A stretch of DNA of 24,000 bases from Candidatus Aminicenantes bacterium (lineage in GTDB: Bacteria > Acidobacteriota > Aminicenantia > Aminicenantales > UBA4085). Both the position numbers and the translations under genes were made by a program. The stretch is taken from positions 27,204 to 51,203 of the forward strand of contig VGJF01000001.1 in the NCBI GenBank assembly GCA_016867585.1, in the 5' to 3' direction. How positions within the stretch are numbered: the first letter of the stretch is position 1; every line of letters starts with the position of its first letter. This document shows, piece by piece, positions 8,582 to 17,482 of the stretch. The notes beneath the pieces were generated by a model. The model made no database searches. It saw only the letters and a list, made by a program, of their open reading frames with translations, and was not told the DNA's origin.

Positions 8582-9053
8582 CGGCCGACGCCGGGCGGCC
8601 CTCTTCGGCCGAGTCCCGGGAGCTCAGGACGAAGGTGACCGGCCCGTCATTGACGAGATGGACGGTCATGGCGGCCTGGAAAACGCCCGTCTCGACCCTC
8701 AGGCCCGCGCTTCTCAAGACGGCGACAACGGATTCGAAGAGGGCGGCCGCTCGGACGGGCTCCTCGGCCTTGTCGAAACTCGGCCGGCGGCCTTTCCTAA
8801 CCGAGCCGGCGAGGGTGAACTGGGAGACGGCCAGAACCTCTCCGCCGAACTCGGCCAGGGCCAGATTCATCTTTCCCCCGGAATCCGGAAACACCCGGAG
8901 TTCGGCCGTCTTGCGGGCCACATAGGCGGCGTCGGCCGGCCCGTCCCCTTTTTCGACCCCGACGAAGAGGCAGAGCCCGCGGCCGACGGCCCCGACGATC
9001 CGGCCGTCGACCTCGACCCTGGCTTCCCGGACACGCTGCAGGACGGCTTTCAT
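8574..9053 (-). CDS. dtd: D-aminoacyl-tRNA deacylase
   Basis: MKAVLQRV N-terminus, GKMNL, SQFTLAG, GRRPSF and a typical ~150-aa length. Its 3' end overlaps the convergent HEAT gene by 8 nt. Confidence 0.85.
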   Translation of the reverse strand: MKAVLQRVREARVEVDGRIVGAVGRGLCLFVGVEKGDGPADAAYVARKTAELRVFPDSGGKMNLALAEFGGEVLAVSQFTLAGSVRKGRRPSFDKAEEPVRAAALFESVVAVLRSAGLRVETGVFQAAMTVHLVNDGPVTFVLSSRDSAEEGRPASAVR

Positions 9054-9057
9054 GTCG

Positions 9058-9086
9058 TTGACTTCAGGCGGACTTTCGTCTATTAT
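9058..9086 (+). promoter_or_regulatory. Putative rpsT promoter (TTGACT-N17-TATTAT)
   Basis: TTGACT at 9058..9063, a 17-nt spacer, then TATTAT at 9081..9086. An AGGAG Shine-Dalgarno follows about 8 nt before ATG 9110. Confidence 0.6.
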
Positions 9087-9109
9087 ACCTCGGTTCTTAG
9101 GAGAAGATC

Positions 9110-9388
9110 ATGGCCAAGCACGCCTCGGCGATCCGTCAGCGCCGCCGCAGTCTGCGGAGACGAGCGGTCAACAAGAGGAACAAAACCGCCCTCCGGACCC
9201 AGGTCAAGAAGATCCGCGACCTCGTCGAAGCCCAGGACAAGGACCAGGCCAAGGCCATGCTCCCCAAGATCTTCAAGACGATCGACCAGACCGTCAAAAA
9301 AGGGACGATTCACGGCAACACCGGAGCCCGGTACAAGTCCCGCCTCAGCCGCCAGATCGAAAAAATCTCTTCCGCTTCATCGAAGTAG
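9110..9388 (+). CDS. rpsT: 30S ribosomal protein S20
   Basis: MAKHASAIRQRRRSLRRRAVNKRNKTALRTQVKK is the typical S20 basic N-terminus. Length is 92 aa. Confidence 0.9.
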   Translation: MAKHASAIRQRRRSLRRRAVNKRNKTALRTQVKKIRDLVEAQDKDQAKAMLPKIFKTIDQTVKKGTIHGNTGARYKSRLSRQIEKISSASSK

Positions 9389-9401
9389 GCCGAGCCCGGC
9401 C

Positions 9402-10442
9402 TCAACGGCAGAAATCCGCCAAGAAAGCCTCGAACAGGGGCTGGGGGGGAGTGTCCGTCGTTTTCAACAGGACATCGATCCTCTCCAAATCCTCGACGAA
9501 GCGCCCGAAGTCCCGGCGCAGGGCCAGGCCGAAAAAGTCCTCGCATTTCGCCGACGGAAACGTCCGGCAGGCCTTGACGAAGTTCGCCTTGAGCTCCGCA
9601 TAAATGTCCTCCCGGCTCCGGAGGCCGGCCTGGAGCCGGGCCATGGTCAGGTCCCGGACGAAACCCGAAAGAACGCCGAGAACGAAGAGCGGCGCCTTCT
9701 CCCGGTCCTCGGTCGAGAAAATGCGATGGAGGACGGACATCGCCTGGCCCGCGTCCCGCGCCTCGAGGGCGGCCTGGAGTTCCCATCCGGCGGCGCTCTT
9801 GATGCCCCCGGTGAGGTCGTCGACGTCCCCCGCGTCGACCAGCCGGCGATCGCCCGCCGAGGCCGCCAGCTTTTCGACCTCCCGGTCGATCCGGTCAAGG
9901 TCGCCCTCGACGAGGTCCAACAGCCGGTCAAGGGCGTCTCCGGTGACTCGGCAGCCGCGGGCCTCGAACTTCGCCCGGGCCCAGTCGCGGAGATCCCGGC
10001 CTTTGAGAACGCCGAATTCCCGGACCTGGGCGGTCGAGGATCCGGCCGCCTCGAAGGCCTTGCGCAGACCGCTCGTTTTCGGGATCCGGCCGGCATGATG
10101 GACGACGAGCGTCGTCCGGACGGTCGGGTCGGCCAGATAAGCGCGGAGGACGTCCGCCTCGACGGCGCTCGGCTCTTTCTCCCTCTTCTCGACTTCGACG
10201 AGAAGGACCCGCCAGGGCGAGAAGCCGAACGGGATCGTCCGGGCGATGTCGAGGATGTCCCGCCAGGAGAATTCCCCCGCGGCCAAGCGTTCGAGGCTCG
10301 GCGGCTCGCCCTCGGCCTTCGCCAGGACGGCCTTCAAGGCTTCGACGAATTCCCGGGCCCGGAAGGCATTCTCGCCGTGGAGAAGGAAGGCCGGGAGGAC
10401 GGGAACGGCCTCGGCGCTTTCGGACCCGGCGGGGCGAGGCAT
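9402..10442 (-). CDS. holA: DNA polymerase III subunit delta
   Basis: ORF 9402..10616 trimmed to MPRPAGSESAEAVPVLPAFLLHGEN at 10442. The layout is HolA-like (LLHGEN..., LVVHH, clamp-loader-like helical C-terminus). The conserved leuS-lptE-holA order known from Proteobacteria supports the call. Confidence 0.75.
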   Translation of the reverse strand: MPRPAGSESAEAVPVLPAFLLHGENAFRAREFVEALKAVLAKAEGEPPSLERLAAGEFSWRDILDIARTIPFGFSPWRVLLVEVEKREKEPSAVEADVLRAYLADPTVRTTLVVHHAGRIPKTSGLRKAFEAAGSSTAQVREFGVLKGRDLRDWARAKFEARGCRVTGDALDRLLDLVEGDLDRIDREVEKLAASAGDRRLVDAGDVDDLTGGIKSAAGWELQAALEARDAGQAMSVLHRIFSTEDREKAPLFVLGVLSGFVRDLTMARLQAGLRSREDIYAELKANFVKACRTFPSAKCEDFFGLALRRDFGRFVEDLERIDVLLKTTDTPPQPLFEAFLADFCR

Positions 10443-10446
10443 GTCC

Positions 10447-10983
10447 CTAGAAGCCCTCGAGGATCGTGATGACCAGGGCCCGGGCGAAAAGGGCCGAGAC
10501 CTTTTCGAGGGCTTCCGTTTCCGAAGACTCGAAATCCGTCCCCTGGGGGACCTCATACTCCGTTTGCCAGGGATAGGACGGATTGGAGAAAATGACCTTT
10601 TTCGTCCGGTTGTCACGGACGTTGACGGCGGCCACGATTTGGATGAGATAGCGGTCCGCGCTCGCCCGCTGGCTCGTGAAGGCGATCGGGCTGACGAGGA
10701 AGACGGCGACTTCGCCCTCGAGGACGGCGTCGGCCTGGGCTGGGTCGGAGGCGATCTCGACCCGGGCCCGGGCGACGAGCTCGTCGATGACGGCCCGGGT
10801 CAGCTTGAGGTCGAGCTCGTAGCGGGTCGTGTTGTTCTTGAAGACGGGGACGGCGATTTTCTTGATGTTCTGGGAAGAAAAGAGGGCCCCCCCCGTTCCC
10901 CGGAGCCGGTATCCGCACGCCCCGGAAATGATAAGCGCGGCCATTAAAACGATTCCGCCAACCTTTTTTTTCTTCGTCATCAT
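10447..10983 (-). CDS. lptE: LPS-assembly lipoprotein LptE
   Basis: Lipoprotein signal peptide with lipobox (MMTKKKKVGGIVLMAALIISGAC). The CGYRLRG after the Cys resembles E. coli LptE CGWHLRD. It lies between leuS and holA. Start is uncertain (10983, 10980 or 11004). Confidence 0.75.
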   Translation of the reverse strand: MMTKKKKVGGIVLMAALIISGACGYRLRGTGGALFSSQNIKKIAVPVFKNNTTRYELDLKLTRAVIDELVARARVEIASDPAQADAVLEGEVAVFLVSPIAFTSQRASADRYLIQIVAAVNVRDNRTKKVIFSNPSYPWQTEYEVPQGTDFESSETEALEKVSALFARALVITILEGF

Positions 10984-11236
10984 CGCCGTCTTGTCCCCAT
11001 CCATTATACCTCGATCGGGGACAAAGAAAGAACGTTTTCCTCAGACGCCGCGCGGGCGACCTTTGATGGATAACGATACGGCGTCAAGAGGCGTCGGAAG
11101 CCGCCCAAAGCCCCCGTAGCGGAGGGGGGTCCCGTCGGCTCGGCCGACGGGGGGAACCGACGGGACCGGTTCCCCGGGGCCGGGGGCCGGGGCGGTTTTC
11201 AGAGCCGATGACGCCGACGTCCGTATGTTCGGGGGA

Positions 11237-13729
11237 CTAGACGACGATGTTGACGATCTTGTTCTTGATGCAGACGACCTTGCGAACGTCCCGGCCGGCC
11301 AGGAGCTGGCGGATGCGGGGCAGGGCCAGGGCCTCGGCCTTAATCTCGTTCTCGGAGGCGTCGCGGCCGGTCTCGAACCGGTCGCGGACCTTGCCGTTGA
11401 CCTCGACGACGATCGTCGCCTTCTCCTCCTCGGCCAGGGCGGGATCGAAAGAGGGCCAAGCCGCCCGGAGGACGAGCCTCTCCTTCCCGAGACGGCCCCA
11501 CATCTCCTCGGCGACATGGGGCGTGAAAGGGGCCAGGGCGAGGACGAGCGTTTCGACGGCCCGGCGGAGGAGGTCCCGCCCCTCGGCCGAGGCCGCGAGA
11601 GCGTCTTTCGTCTCCCGGAGGACGTTGGCGAACTCCATGATGGCGCTGATGGCGGTGTTCAGATGGAAGCGTTTCTCGATGTCCTCGCCGACCTTGCGGA
11701 TGGTCTGGTGGAGCTTTTTCCGGAGGCGGGCGAACGCCGCCGGGTCGTGGGCCCCGGACGCCGCCCCGGCCGGGGAAAGCCCGTCCTCGATTTCGCGGAA
11801 AAGCGTCCAGACGCGGCCGAGGAACCGGGAGCACCCCTCGATGCCCTTCTCGTTCCAGGCGAACTCCTTCTCCGGAGGCGAGGCGAAAAGGATGAACAAG
11901 CGGAGGGCGTCGGCCCCGAAATTCCGGATCATCTCGTCGGGGTCGACGACGTTCCCCTTGGACTTCGACATGGCCGAGCCGTCCTTGGTGACCATCCCCT
12001 GGGCGAGATAATGGGGAAAAGGCTCGCCGCGGTCGGTCAGGCCGAAATCTCGGAGGACCTTGGTGAAGAAGCGGGCGTAGATGAGATGGAGGATGGCGTG
12101 CTCGACGCCGCCGATGTAGAGGTCGACCGGCATCCAGTAGGCCGCCGCCTCGCGGGCGAAGGGAAGCTTGTCCTCGGCCGGCGAGGCGTAGCGGAAGAAA
12201 TACCACGACGAATCGACGAAGGTGTCCATCGTGTCCGTCTCCCGCCGGGCCGGGCCGCCGCACTTCGGGCAAGCGACGTCGACGAAGCCGGGAATTTTCT
12301 CGAGAGGCGAGCCCGCCTCGCCCGTGAATTCCGCCTCGTGGGGGATGCGAACGGGGAGGTCATCATAGGGGACGGGAACGGTTCCGCAGTCCGGGCAGTG
12401 GATGATCGGGATCGGCGTCCCCCAATACCGCTGCCGGGAGATCCCCCAATCCCGGAGCCGGTAGGTGACCGCCTTTTCGCCGAAGCCACGCTCCTCGGCG
12501 TGGGCCGCCATCTTGTCCATGGCCTCCGCGGAGGCCAGGCCGGTGAACGGGCCGCTCCGGACGAGCCGGCCGAGGCCCTCGAAAAGCTCGTCCTCCTTCC
12601 GGTCGGGGGACGGCGTTTCGGGAACGACGACCTCGGGGATCGGGAGGCCGTATTGCGTGGCGAACTCGAAGTCGCGGGCGTCGTGGGCCGGAACCCCCAT
12701 GATCGCCCCGGTTCCGTACTCCATGAGGACGTAATTCGCGATCCAAATGGGGACGGCCTCTCCGGTGAAGGGATTGACGGCCGTCTTTCCCGTGTCGAGG
12801 CCCTCCTTCGCCGTCTCGGCCTCCCCCGCCCGCAAACGCGAGCCGGCCCGGAGCTCGGCCACCCAGGCCTGGAGCTTCGGGGCGTCGGCGGGGCCGACTA
12901 GGGCTTGGCTGAAGGGATGTTCGGGCGAAAGGACGACGAACGTCGCTCCGTAGATCGTGTCGATCCGGGTCGTGAAGACGCGGATCGATCGCCCGTCGAG
13001 GGCGGGGACGGGGAAATCGACATAAGCCCCTTCGCTTCGGCCGATCCAATTTTTCTGCATGAGGAGGACATGTTCGGGCCATTTCCCAAGCTCGCCGTGG
13101 CCGGAGAGAAGCTCTTCGGCGTAGTCGGTGATCTTGAGGAACCAGTGGTCCATCCTCCGCTGCTCGACGGGGCTCGAACAGCGCCAGCAGACTCCCCCCG
13201 CGGCCTGCTCGTTGGCCAGGACGGTCCGGCAGTCGGGGCACCAGTTGACCCAGCTCTTCCGGCGAAAGGCCTGCCCGCGCTCGAAGAGCTTGAGGAAAAT
13301 CCACTGGTTCCACGTGTAGTACTCGGGCAGGCAGGTGTTGACTTCGCGGGACCAGTCGTAGGCGAAGCCCATCCGGCGGAGCTGGGACCTCATGTGGGCG
13401 ATGTTGTCCAGGGTCCAGGTCTGGGGATGGATGCCGTGCTTGATGGCCGCGTTCTCGGCCGGCATGCCGAGAGCGTCCCAGCCGATGGGATGGAGGACGT
13501 TGGCCCCCCGCATCATCTTGAACCGGGCGATCACGTCGCCGATCGAATAGTTGCGGACATGGCCCATGTGGATCCGGCCCGAGGGGTAGGGGTACATCTC
13601 GAGGAGGTAGAACTTGGGCTTGCCCGGCTCCTCCCGGACGGAGAAGGCCCCGGTCTCGTCCCAGACGCGCTGCCATTTGGCCTCGACGGCCGAGAAATCG
13701 TAGTCGCGGTAAATCCGATCCTTGCTCAT
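11237..13729 (-). CDS. leuS: Leucine--tRNA ligase, 830 aa
   Basis: ORF 11237..14179 trimmed to MSKDRIYRDYDFSAVEAKWQRVW at 13729, with GGAGGGGGAG about 10 nt upstream. Class I motifs are present: HIGH-type HMGH in YPSGRIHMGHVRNY and KMSKS-type SAMSKSKGN. Confidence 0.95.
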   Translation of the reverse strand: MSKDRIYRDYDFSAVEAKWQRVWDETGAFSVREEPGKPKFYLLEMYPYPSGRIHMGHVRNYSIGDVIARFKMMRGANVLHPIGWDALGMPAENAAIKHGIHPQTWTLDNIAHMRSQLRRMGFAYDWSREVNTCLPEYYTWNQWIFLKLFERGQAFRRKSWVNWCPDCRTVLANEQAAGGVCWRCSSPVEQRRMDHWFLKITDYAEELLSGHGELGKWPEHVLLMQKNWIGRSEGAYVDFPVPALDGRSIRVFTTRIDTIYGATFVVLSPEHPFSQALVGPADAPKLQAWVAELRAGSRLRAGEAETAKEGLDTGKTAVNPFTGEAVPIWIANYVLMEYGTGAIMGVPAHDARDFEFATQYGLPIPEVVVPETPSPDRKEDELFEGLGRLVRSGPFTGLASAEAMDKMAAHAEERGFGEKAVTYRLRDWGISRQRYWGTPIPIIHCPDCGTVPVPYDDLPVRIPHEAEFTGEAGSPLEKIPGFVDVACPKCGGPARRETDTMDTFVDSSWYFFRYASPAEDKLPFAREAAAYWMPVDLYIGGVEHAILHLIYARFFTKVLRDFGLTDRGEPFPHYLAQGMVTKDGSAMSKSKGNVVDPDEMIRNFGADALRLFILFASPPEKEFAWNEKGIEGCSRFLGRVWTLFREIEDGLSPAGAASGAHDPAAFARLRKKLHQTIRKVGEDIEKRFHLNTAISAIMEFANVLRETKDALAASAEGRDLLRRAVETLVLALAPFTPHVAEEMWGRLGKERLVLRAAWPSFDPALAEEEKATIVVEVNGKVRDRFETGRDASENEIKAEALALPRIRQLLAGRDVRKVVCIKNKIVNIVV

Positions 13730-13796
13730 GGCGGAAATCTCCCCCTCCCGGCGGTTTCCCTGGAAAAAGGGGCGGGCAGGGCTCGAAACGAGCCAA

Positions 13797-13825
13797 AGTT
13801 TAGGGGCAACGGCCGAAAAAGTCAA
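13797..13825 (-). promoter_or_regulatory. Putative leuS promoter (TTGACT-N17-TAAACT on the minus strand)
   Basis: The reverse complement of 13820..13825 is TTGACT. After a 17-nt spacer, the reverse complement of 13797..13802 is TAAACT. This sits about 70 nt upstream of the leuS ATG. Confidence 0.4.
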
Positions 13826-13919
13826 ACGTTCCCTTCCATCTTTTCTTATCATTGAAATCCGCCGTCCGTTCGGTCCCGGCCCTTGGCTTTCGGCCGGGAT
13901 TCTGGTATGGAAAAGGGCG

Positions 13920-15203
13920 ATGGCCCACCACGCCGCATCCCGCGAGGGATACGCCAAACTCGTCGAGCGGTTGAACCGGTTTCCGCAGGGAGCCCCGCCG
14001 TCCAAGCTTCTCCACCGGATCCTCGAGATCCTCTTCAGCCCGCGGGAAGCGGAGCTCGTGGCCGGTCTGCCGATCAAGCCCTTCACCGCCCGGACGGCCG
14101 CCCGGGCCTGGAAAATGCCCGAGGCCGAAGCGCGGAAAGTCCTCGACGCCCTGGCCGGCCGGGCCGTTCTCGTCGACATCGAGGGGCGGAAGAACCGCTA
14201 CTACGTCCTCCCCCCGCCGATGGCGGGATTCTTTGAGTTCTCGATGATGCGCCTCCGCGGGGATGTCGACCAGAAGCTTCTGGCCGAGCTCTACTACCAA
14301 TACATCACCGTCGAGGAGGACTTCATCAAGGCCCTGTTCACCACGGGAGAAACCCAGCTCGGACGGGTCTTCGTCCACGAGCCCGTCCTGACGAACGACG
14401 ACGCCCTCCGCGTCCTGGAATACGAACGGGCGAGCGCGGTCGTCAAGACGGCCTCTCATCGCGGGGTGGGCCTTTGCTACTGCCGGCACAAGACCGGGCA
14501 TCTCGGAAAGGCCTGCGCCGCGCCGTTGGATATCTGCCTGACCTTCGGCACGACCGCCGCTTCGCTCATCCGGCACGGATTCGCCCGGGCGGTCGGCGTC
14601 GAGGAGGGGTTGGACCTCCTCCAACAGGCTTACGACCGGAACCTCGTCCAGTTCGGGGAGAACGTCCGGCGGCGGGTGGCCTTCATCTGCAACTGCTGCG
14701 GCTGCTGCTGCGAGGCGATGATCGCCGCGCGCCGGTTCGGCTTCCTCCGGCCTGTCCACACGACGAACTTTGTTCCAAAGGTCGAAGCCGCGGCCTGCAC
14801 GGGCTGCGGCGAGTGCGCCGCCGTCTGTCCCGTCGAGGCCATGGCCCTCGTCTCGGCGAACGATCCGGCCTTCCCCAAGAGAAAGAGGGCCAAGCTCGAC
14901 CCGTCGATATGCCTGGGCTGCGGCGTCTGCATCCGGGCCTGCCGGACGAAAAGCCTCCGCCTCGAGTCCAGGCCCGAACGCGTCATCACCCCCCTGGACT
15001 CGACCCACCGGGCGGTCGTCATGGCCGTCGAACGGGGCAAGCTCCAGGACCTTCTCTTCGACAACCGGGCCCTCTTCAGCCACCGGGCCATGGCCGCCGT
15101 CCTCGGGATCATCCTCAAGCTGCCGCCGGTCAAGCGGGCGATGGCCTCCCGCCAGATGAAATCGCGATATCTCGAGGCCCTCGTCGCCCGCCTCCGGCCC
15201 TGA
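13920..15203 (+). CDS. Cysteine-rich 4Fe-4S dicluster-domain protein with an N-terminal helical (winged-helix-like) region, 427 aa, function unknown
   Basis: ORF 13722..15203 trimmed to [24 protein letters not shown] at 13920. It has two ferredoxin-type motifs ([23 protein letters not shown]) plus additional Cys clusters ([21 protein letters not shown]). Confidence 0.7.
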   Translation: MAHHAASREGYAKLVERLNRFPQGAPPSKLLHRILEILFSPREAELVAGLPIKPFTARTAARAWKMPEAEARKVLDALAGRAVLVDIEGRKNRYYVLPPPMAGFFEFSMMRLRGDVDQKLLAELYYQYITVEEDFIKALFTTGETQLGRVFVHEPVLTNDDALRVLEYERASAVVKTASHRGVGLCYCRHKTGHLGKACAAPLDICLTFGTTAASLIRHGFARAVGVEEGLDLLQQAYDRNLVQFGENVRRRVAFICNCCGCCCEAMIAARRFGFLRPVHTTNFVPKVEAAACTGCGECAAVCPVEAMALVSANDPAFPKRKRAKLDPSICLGCGVCIRACRTKSLRLESRPERVITPLDSTHRAVVMAVERGKLQDLLFDNRALFSHRAMAAVLGIILKLPPVKRAMASRQMKSRYLEALVARLRP

Positions 15204-15251
15204 CCAAGCACAATGCTTTCCATCTCCGAAATACGTGGACCTTGGATTTTC

Positions 15252-15280
15252 TTGAACTTGCAAGAAGAACAGTGTATAAT
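15252..15280 (+). promoter_or_regulatory. Putative promoter of the EF-G operon (TTGAAC-N17-TATAAT)
   Basis: TTGAAC at 15252..15257, a 17-nt spacer ending in TG, then TATAAT at 15275..15280. This leaves a leader of about 120 nt before ATG 15407. Confidence 0.6.
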
Positions 15281-15406
15281 CCGCCCTCGTTTTCGGGGCA
15301 GCCGAAGGGGTCGGACCGGCGATATCCAAAAATCGGGTCTGGCCCCTCATCTCCTCCCGCCGGGAGAGCGAATCCCGGCCCCCGGAACAGGAAGGCTTTT
15401 TCACCC

Positions 15407-17479
15407 ATGACGACGATCGACCGGATGCGCAACATCGGCATCAGCGCCCACATCGACTCGGGCAAGACGACCTTGACCGAGCGCATCCTCTTTTACTGCA
15501 AGAAAATCCACAAGATCCACGAGGTCAAGGGCAAGGACGGGGTGGGCGCGACGATGGACCACATGGACCTCGAGCGGGAGCGCGGGATCACGATCACCTC
15601 GGCCGCGACCAACGTCGCCTGGGCCGGCCGCTCGATCAACCTCATCGACACGCCGGGGCACGTCGACTTCACGATCGAAGTCGAGCGTTCCCTCCGGGTC
15701 CTCGACGGCGCCGTTCTCGTCCTCTGCGCCGTGGGCGGCGTCCAGTCCCAGACGACGACCGTCGACCGCCAGCTCCGCCGCTACAACGTCCCCCGGATCG
15801 CCTTCGTCAACAAGTGCGACCGCGTCGGGGCCAATCCCTTCAAGGTCCGCGACCAGCTCGAGGAGAAGCTCAGGCACAACGCCGTCCTCCTGCAGATCCC
15901 GATCGGCCTGGAAGCCGGGCACCGCGGCGTCGTCGACCTCGTCGAAATGAAGGCCCTGACCTTCGAGGGTCCGGACGGCGAAGAGGTCCGCGCCGGCGAG
16001 ATCCCCGAGGAGCTTCGGCCCGAGGCCAGGAAGCGCCGGGACGAGCTCCTCGACGCGGCCTCGCTTTTCTCGGACGAGTTGACCGAGGCCATTCTCGAGG
16101 ACAAGGTCACCCCCGGCCTCATCCGCCAAGCCGTCCGCCGCGGGACGATCGCCCGCAAACTGACCCCCGTCTTCCTCGGCTCGGCCTACCGGAACAAGGG
16201 CGTCCAATCCCTGCTCGACGGCATCGTCGGCTACCTCCCCCACCCCGGCGAGGTCGAGAACGAAGCCCTCGACCTCGAGGCCGGAGGGGCCCCGATCAAG
16301 CTCGCGGCCGACCCCTCCCTCCCCCCCGTCCTTCTGGCCTTCAAGCTCGAGGACGGGCCTTACGGCCAGCTGACCTACATCCGGATTTACCAGGGGCGCA
16401 TCGAAAAAGGCACCGAGCTCCGGAACACCCGCTCCGGCCGGAAGATCAAGGTCGGGCGACTCATCCGGATGCACGCCGACGCCATGGCGGACATCGGCGA
16501 AGCCTCGGCCGGCGACATCGCCGCCCTCTTCGGGGTCGACTGCGCCAGCGGCGATACCTTCTGCGCCCCCGGCCTCAACTTGGCCATGACCTCGATCTAT
16601 GTCCCCGAGCCCGTCATCTCCCTGGCCATCAAACCCGTCGACAAGCAGTCCCTCGGCCGGCTGGCCAAGGCCCTCAACCGGTTCACCAAGGAGGACCCGA
16701 CCTTCCGGACCCACGTCGACCCCGAGTCCCGGGAGACGATCATCCAGGGCATGGGCGAGCTTCACCTCGACGTCTACGTCGAACGGATGAAGCGGGAATA
16801 CGCCGCCGAGGTCGAGACGGGCCCCCCTCAGGTCGCCTATCGGGAGTCGATCACGGCCCGGGTCGATTTCGACCATGTCCACAAAAAGCAGACCGGCGGG
16901 GCCGGCCAGTTCGGCCGGGTCATCGGCTACATCGAGCCCCTGGCCGAAGGGGCCTACGAATTCCGGAACGAGGTCAAGGGGGGACGGATCCCCAAGGACT
17001 TCATCCCTTCCTGCGACAAGGGCTTCCGCTCGGTCTTGAGAAAGGGCGAGCTCATCGGATTCCCCGTGATCGGCGTCCGGGTCGTCCTGACCGACGGGGC
17101 CTACCACGAGGTCGACTCCTCGGACGCCGCCTTCCAGGCGGCCGCCATCGGCGCGTTCCGGCAGGCCTACCGCAGGGCCAAACCCCAGATCCTCGAGCCG
17201 GTCATGAAGGTCTCGGTCGAAGGCCCGGTGGATTTCGCCGGCGCGATCTTCGCCTCGATCAACCAGCGGCGGGGGACGATCGTCAGCTCGGTCGAGGACG
17301 GGGCCTTCACCCGGGTCGACGCCGAGGTCCCCTTGAGCGAAATGTTCGGATACTCGAATGTTCTCCGGTCCCTGACCCAGGGGAAGGCCGAGTTCACGAT
17401 GGAATTCCTCAAATACGGCCGCGTTCCGGCTCCCGTCGCCGAGGAGCTCGCGAGGATCGCCGCGGCCGGGAAAGGATAG
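15407..17479 (+). CDS. fusA: Elongation factor G, 690 aa (mitochondrial/spd EFG1-like subtype, stand-alone locus)
   Basis: ORF 14474..17479 trimmed to [30 protein letters not shown] at 15407. G motifs are [16 protein letters not shown] and NKCD. The insertion [28 protein letters not shown] resembles mtEFG1/spdEFG1 rather than the E. coli-type [16 protein letters not shown]. No rpsL, rpsG or tuf gene is adjacent. Confidence 0.9.
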   Translation: MTTIDRMRNIGISAHIDSGKTTLTERILFYCKKIHKIHEVKGKDGVGATMDHMDLERERGITITSAATNVAWAGRSINLIDTPGHVDFTIEVERSLRVLDGAVLVLCAVGGVQSQTTTVDRQLRRYNVPRIAFVNKCDRVGANPFKVRDQLEEKLRHNAVLLQIPIGLEAGHRGVVDLVEMKALTFEGPDGEEVRAGEIPEELRPEARKRRDELLDAASLFSDELTEAILEDKVTPGLIRQAVRRGTIARKLTPVFLGSAYRNKGVQSLLDGIVGYLPHPGEVENEALDLEAGGAPIKLAADPSLPPVLLAFKLEDGPYGQLTYIRIYQGRIEKGTELRNTRSGRKIKVGRLIRMHADAMADIGEASAGDIAALFGVDCASGDTFCAPGLNLAMTSIYVPEPVISLAIKPVDKQSLGRLAKALNRFTKEDPTFRTHVDPESRETIIQGMGELHLDVYVERMKREYAAEVETGPPQVAYRESITARVDFDHVHKKQTGGAGQFGRVIGYIEPLAEGAYEFRNEVKGGRIPKDFIPSCDKGFRSVLRKGELIGFPVIGVRVVLTDGAYHEVDSSDAAFQAAAIGAFRQAYRRAKPQILEPVMKVSVEGPVDFAGAIFASINQRRGTIVSSVEDGAFTRVDAEVPLSEMFGYSNVLRSLTQGKAEFTMEFLKYGRVPAPVAEELARIAAAGKG

Positions 17480-17482
17480 CCC

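Noticed and set aside
13730-13919. T-box or leucine-attenuator type leader for leuS.
   Set aside because: The predicted leuS leader is only about 70 nt. It has a single small GGCTCG-ttt-CGAGCC hairpin, no specifier/T-box sequence and no Leu-rich leader ORF.
14688-14711. The (TGC)-rich tract tgcaactgctgcggctgctgctgc, considered as a microsatellite or phase-variation repeat.
   Set aside because: It is in frame and encodes the CNCCGCCC cysteine cluster. The repeat is interrupted (aac, ggc) and short, so it is more likely a consequence of Cys codon usage than a slippage tract.
15213-15410. 65-aa ORF within the EF-G leader, considered as a possible leader peptide.
   Set aside because: It begins upstream of the predicted -35 element, so it would not be on the transcript. 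It has no ribosome-binding site, and its composition (Arg/Pro/Gly-rich) looks non-coding.
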